Origin: Podarcis erhardii
Lineage: Eukaryota
Assembly (NCBI GenBank): GCA_964252035.1
Contig: OZ176201.1
Direction: 5' to 3' (one strand)
Length of the DNA stretch: 64,000 bases
The notes below the pieces were generated by a model, which was given only the letters and a program-made list of their open reading frames with translations, searched no databases and had not been told where the DNA came from. Below, piece after piece: positions 57,681 through 64,000 of the stretch. Position 1 is the first letter of the stretch; each line of letters begins with the position of its first letter. The position numbers and the translations under genes were made by a program.

Positions 57681-60600
57681 AAAAAAAATCCACAGGTGAG
57701 TCTCTGCAGCAGCCATAGAAGACAGTGTTTCTCCAGCAGTTTGACTTCACCCACAGAGGTGCATTTCACTGTCTCTCAAGACAGACATACAGATGCCAAC
57801 TACTAGTGGGTTCCTCTGCTACATAATCTTGAGACAATCATGTGCACCATCACTACAAGCTGTGTCCCCCCCCCCCTTTCCACAATATTTTATCCATGCA
57901 CACAACAAAATTGATAATAAACACTGCAAAAGCACAGCAAAGTAAAGTGATGTGCAGATGTACAATTGAAATGCAGGGGCAGGGAGGAAACGACTCTACA
58001 AAATTCAGAACTAAAAACACGGAACAATAGAGACCTCCTAATGTGTCGCTTCCACTTTGGAATGAAGACCAGATAATCCAGATATAAAGAATCAGGGAAG
58101 AAATTCACTTGACAATTTCAGAAGAATTCCTAGATCTCGGTACTTTGGTGTAGGTTTACACATTGTTGAGATGTCTGAATTCTGTTTGGAGGCTGAGTGA
58201 AGGTAAGCCCTGACTGGAATTTGACAGGAATGCTGTGTGGGCCTTTGTTCTTTCCTAGAATGGGTTTTGGTATCTGTTCCAGCTTCTTCAGTCCATTCTG
58301 TAGTTTTGGCAGCTCTGCCCCCAAATGTTTTATCGTTCAGCGTAGATGACCAGGGATTTGTGGAAAATCCAAGGCATAGAGCTGCCTTTCTATTGGTGTG
58401 GGAAAAGGCTTTGCAAAGAATACTGGCAGTGATACAACTTGGTTCTAATAGAAATCCGTGGACATAGCATCTCCTTTTCCATAGTATAAGGTGGAATTTG
58501 GAGGCACAACCATGAAGTGTAGTAACTCTCAATTGAAAGGCCACATAGTTAAAATGAGGAACCAGTTGGAAGTCAAAACCCTACCAAGGCCCCTCATGAA
58601 TATCTTTGCAAATAACCTCTGTTTATATGTTATTGTGCAGTATAAAAATGTCACTCCCCAAAGGTAACCAATATCACGTACCTTTTGAGTGCTTAACCTA
58701 CTTTGCTATTAGCGTACTTCACTTGGGAGTGGGGAGAGGGCATTGCCAATGTAAGAGCTGTCTTTGAATGCATTGACACTGGCATGTAGAGAAAGCCTTT
58801 CCTGTATTTTGCATTGTCTCTCTTTCCTTGGAAGGGATTATCGTGTAGGTTGTATGTGCTGCGACAGTGAGATCGAAGTAAACAGAAGAGGGACTGTTGA
58901 AAGTGAGATAGCTGTGATAGTATGTGGGGGCTGGGACTTTTTTACAGCAGGCTTTATTGTAACCAGCTTTTTGCCTTATGCCAGAATCCTCTCACTTTCT
59001 CCTTTGAGATGTAGATTGTGACATGGATTCTGACATCTCTTCCAGAGGAATGAGCTTTAGGTAAAACAGATAATGTACCAGTTCCTGCAAGATGTATTGC
59101 ACAGTAGCTCTAGATAAGTTCTTATTTTCCCCTCTTTGAAAATACTTTACTTTTGGCAGGCTTATTAATAAGAAAATCGGCCTTTCTGCATTCAAGGTGG
59201 AATTCATTTTCATGGACAAAGGCCCTTTGTTTGGAGCTGGCTCTGTTCCTGAAGTGGGATAGAGATTATTCTGAAGATAGCATTGATTTTTGTCCTTCAG
59301 GAGACTCCAGTAAGAGCAAGCCTTTTTGTTATTTTTGGAATCCTTTAAAGGCCTGCTAGAAGTTGAAAGGAAATTGTTGTACAAAGTTGAGGTTTATAAC
59401 CTGGTTGACTATATATAGGAAGAAATCACCATCTGGTATCCAACTTGCACGAACAAGCGCCAAGAAAATGTGTTGAGTGCATTGTGTTTTTTGTTTAAAT
59501 CTGATCAACAATATTTTGGTCACAAAACTCAGTTGGTTAAGGTGACAAAATGCACCTGATATTAAATGAAGTCAAGAATAAGCTGCCTTTTCTAAGTAAC
59601 TTACTGCCACCTTTCAAGAAGGTACGTTGTGCTTCGGCTAGCAGAGGAAAATACCTTATCATCGGCTTCCAGGTTGTCAAGGTGCTTAATCATAACCTTT
59701 GAGATGTGGCCGCTTGCACTCTGCTGGTGCAAAGAGCCATGAATGAAAATCAAATAAGCATTTAACGTGGTGTTTTTCAATCTTTTTATTCATTGATGAA
59801 GCCTGGTCTATTGGATTAGGTCTTTCCGTGGCAATATTAGCAATGGGGGTTTTGAGATGTAAGGGAATAACATTTTAGCCATTGCCACTTGCTTTACTAG
59901 CTGATGTTACCTGCCAGCTAATCTGCCGTCCTTGTATTTTCTTCAGACTGTCTTCTTTGTAACAGGAAGCTCAGGGAAAAGGTTGGCAAGGTTTTGAAAG
60001 TGTAATCATGTATAAAAAACAAATCCATTGCTAACACTGGATACTCCATTGTACCAAGCAAGATGAGAGTAAAAGGAGATTAGCTGAAGAAGGAAATGTG
60101 CTGCACTCACTTTTTTCATGGGTAGCCTGTGAAAGGAAAAACCTTTCATAAAATACTGAGAGGAAAAGGGTTAAAAGGAAAGTTGTGCAAGAGTGGCCAA
60201 CATATCTGAGATTACTGGTATTCTCTACACAATATTTGATGACATTCTGGTGAAATATTTGATGACATTCAGGTGAAATTTGTTCCAGGTGAGATTGGGG
60301 CATCTGCATTTTTGGGCAGCAGGTAAGAATACTTCTAAGTATCCAGAGAAAATACAGGTCATCTGAGAATCTTTCCACAACAGGCGGCAACTAAATTAAT
60401 CCTCATGACAGACTAGAAGCAAACAGAAGCAGCTTTTCTTCAAGACGGCAGGTCCAAATCCCATGGGGAAATTTCCATTGGGTCCAGTGATATTTCACCA
60501 GATCTTTGGAAGTCTTGTGTACGGCCTTCCAGTGGATGTGTGTAAGGTGAACGGGATACTTCCCTTTTCCTACTTCCTAAACACACCAGCAAGCCTTCCA

Positions 60601-63600
60601 AATTCTGCTGAACATAATTGCACATACTTGACTTAAAACAATCTTTAGTATCAATTTGCAAATGAACATTTCATTAAAGATATGGAATACATCTTTATTT
60701 GACTGCACCTAGGTACCTGCTGCTATTTTTAAAGCAGCTATTTAAAACCTGCCCACAGGCTTGCCTGCATTAGACTCACATGGCAACTCCTCGACAGTCA
60801 CTCAGTTTAACAGCATCACCCTCCATTTTTGCCCCTTGGAGTTAGAGAATTTTAGAATACATAATGCCTCTTCCCACTCCATTCTAATTAACATGGGGTT
60901 TTGCACACTAAGCTTTCATTAGAGGCAACCAGGTCAAGCTGACAGTGAATTTCTGATGTGTGGTCAGCAAACAAAGATCTGCTTAGGTTTGTCTTTACAG
61001 TTTTGCTCCAGCATTTCTATACTAATAGCGATGGAGGAAGTTCTATTTTTAGCTTCAAAGCTGCATCCCTCACAACACCAGCAGTGAAGCTTCCAGCAAA
61101 GCTCTTTAATTCCTTGTCAGAATGAACTTAATTAAATCCCCTCTGGCTTTTTTTTTTTTAAGTAATCTAGTAAGTATGTGAATCTAAATTTGGAAGTTTA
61201 TTATATCCTGAATTTTATTATAAAGCTTTTACTCAATAAGGCAAATAATTACTCAAGTCTCCCGCTTCCCTTTCTATCTTAGAATTTGTATATGGTTTTT
61301 CTTTTCTTTTTTTATGGCAAGGAAATGCCCAGAAACAAGTCATCCTTTGTTGCATGGGTGGGGTGGGATATGCATGTGTAATCCATAGCACTGAGATCAG
61401 CTAAAAATGGAATGCAAATGAACACTTTGGATTTGTAGGATTGACAGTTTAAGCTCAGGGTTCCTGAGGTACAGCCTGTGTTAAAATGGGGCAACCCCCT
61501 TTCTCCAGCGATACGGAAAGTAGGTCACTATACAGCTGGTCCAGAGAGAGAGAGATTAAAGAATTTTATCTCCAGGAGGTGACTCAAGAGGCAAGAAGCT
61601 AGCATGTACTCACAGGCTCTTTGCACATCATAAACTTAAACTTTCAAGATATTTAAAGGTGCATGTAGCAGGTAATAACTGTTTCTGAAGATACAGTTTA
61701 TCTTTGCAAGAAAATCAAGGTATATCTGAAATTCTTCTGAAATTCAGAAGCCAAGTTAGAAACAGCTTCAGTGAGATAGGTTAGCAAACAGCTATGATGG
61801 TGGTGGGTGCTTCCTAATGCCCTGCTTATTTGATCAGCAATAGATGACCTCCTGTCAACCAAATTGTTTGTAGATGTATGCTATCACATTCACACCATAC
61901 AATTAAAGCACATTTAAAGCCCTTTAACAGAGCCGCCACAAAGGTAGAATTTTGAACACTCTTAACAAACTACACCATAAAAATACGGTGTGGATATGTG
62001 AGCAAGGGTTCTTTTCCTTGATACTTTTTGCTTCAGAGGGAGTGGGGGGTATGCCTAGCTTCAGCAGTGTTACCAGGCAAAAGACCACTGGGGATGTGGG
62101 ATATTTTCCTGTCCCAGCTTCCCCTGAGAGCTGCTTCTGATGTACCCAGCAGAGGTGGCTTGGGTGACCTTTGTGCTTCCTCTTCCTCTGGAATGTGGGG
62201 AGAGGAAGCGCAAGCAAGTAATGCTTCCATCTCTGACTCTTTCTGCCAAAAAACCTCCAAAGTAGGTTTCAGACTGTGCTGATCCTGTCTGAGAAAGAGA
62301 AGAGGGCATTCCACAATACTTTAATTTAGCAGTAGAACATTAAAAGCTTCTGTGGCTTTGAATCCCCTGAAATAATAATGTTCAAGTGAGAAACCTGAAT
62401 CTTTCAGACTACTGCAACATCCCAAGTAGCTGTTTTAGGGGAACTCTTGATTGTAAAAATCAGGTAGAAATACAAATAATAAATAAGTAGAGATGAAATG
62501 ACTTACCTTGCAATTCCACAAACGTTATTGATCACACTATGTATCAGCATGCTTTACCCACATGTACTGTATTTCCAAATACATGTATTACATGTACTGT
62601 ATTTTCCCCTTACCAGCAGAAAAATTAAAAATCTCTACCTGGTTGCCTGAAGCTGAATCTTGATTTCCATTGGCAACCAGAAGTGTGCCTGTTTACAAGT
62701 CTGCATCGTATGATGGAATAAAGCAGAAGAACCATGTGTTAAGCAGCCTCTATCATAAACTTTTGCACTTGGTATTATCCTCTTCCCTGCCCCCAAATGT
62801 TGAAGGGTATATCTGGTCTACCAATTCTAGACATTGTTAGCCGTGCAAACATTAGAGTTCTCTGACTGTTTAAGATGGATTCCTGTTATCGTAGTCTGCA
62901 GATCCTAACATCAGTACGACCCATGACCTTTCCATTTGAGATAGGGATGTATGAAGATTTACATTACTTCTTTCTAGATAAACACAGAGACATATAGCAA
63001 TACTCTGATAGGTTTTTATCTAAATCTGAAATAACAGCAGTGCAATAGGTATATCCCTGTGCTTTTTGGATTAGCTTGGTTCACACTTTTTAGAATAAGT
63101 GACACTACCGTATATCTTTTGCTGTTTGAGAATGGGATAAGAGTGCTTGCACAGGCTGCTGAGTTTTGAGTTTTAAGTTAGAATTCTATTGCCTTGCAGT
63201 CCTGTGGATTTTTTGTATGGTATTGTAGATAGTTTATGTGTATTTGCACATCTTTTCCTGACTATATTAACAGAAGAAATCCCCTCACACACTAAGAGTT
63301 TCTTCAAAAACTATGCCAGGCATGGCCGGATGACAAACAACACTTGGCTGTGGAATATGGCCTGTAAAGGGTTAAAAGGAGATGGATTGCAACCATTGCA
63401 CCTTCTCTGACTCAGTGGGTGAGATTTAGCTTGTATATGAGTGTTTTCAGTCCTCTAGCAGCTTGTATACGTTGCTGAAATTTGGGCCAAAAATAAACAA
63501 CTTCGGTTTTGCACATTCTCCCAGTTGGTACAGTTCCAGAAGTTGGCTAAATGGCATTTAGCTGATTAAATTCAAATCTAGACTGGACAATCTGATGTCT

Positions 63601-64000
63601 GCCATTAGAGCTGTAGACTTGCCACCAAAATGTAGATTAGTGGCCTAACACATTATTGTGGTTGCTCATGAGTATGTGTATGAAAAGCATTGGCATTTTT
63701 AAAAAAATAAATGCTATATATTTTTTCCAAATTTCCTTGTTTTCAGTTACTTTTTAATTTTGTTGCCTCTGGCTTTGAACTCTTATCTCCAGTTTAAGGA
63801 TTTTAGAACTTAGCACCAAAGGTTCCCTAAACTTGGTTTAGAGGATATATGTCTTGTAGTGTACATGCTTTGTCAATTCTCCTCCAGATTAATGCAGCAG
63901 CAAAAAGGAAACTCACACAACTCTTAAGCAGTATTTCAGTTGGGTGGTGATTTTTTCCAAGGACCAAGTCTGATTCTCTCTCAGGCTGCTTGTTTTCCTT

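Larger units (their letters stand above)
977..64000 (+). other. PPP2R2B: Large intron of PPP2R2B, continuing beyond the window
   Basis: The expected next exon (ADIISTVEFNHTGELL) was not seen by eye or in the ORF track. The sequence is repeat-rich and non-coding. Confidence 0.8.

Noticed and set aside
1-64000. CRISPR array, operon, intact transposase/RT gene or viral insert
   Set aside because: No regularly spaced repeat-spacer array and no long intact ORF. The window is vertebrate promoter plus intron.

Overview
Vertebrate genomic DNA, most likely a lacertid lizard (inferred from Sauria SINEs with a Bov-B-type tail, tRNA-headed SINEs, and CR1/L2/Bov-B fragments). The window starts in a CpG island holding the 5' end of PPP2R2B (PP2A regulatory subunit B55-beta, B-beta1 form). 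The 70-nt first coding segment 907-976 encodes [23 protein letters not shown]. Everything after 977 appears to be one intron of more than 63 kb, because I did not find the next coding exon (ADIISTVEFNHTG). The most interesting region is the 5' leader. It has a (CAG)7CAA tract at a position resembling the human SCA12 repeat, an ATG-initiated polyQ frame that would splice into the main frame but stops 17 codons before the start codon, two further uORFs, and three ATG-initiated antisense ORFs across the CTG strand. The intron is mostly transposon debris. It also holds a perfect RFX X-box, a REST/RE1-like site, a CTCF-like site, a candidate 64-nt cassette exon, a hammerhead-like Penelope relic and a TSD-flanked internal L1 fragment. 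I found no prokaryotic, CRISPR or clearly new multi-gene system. All comparisons to human sequences and repeat consensi are from memory, not database searches.
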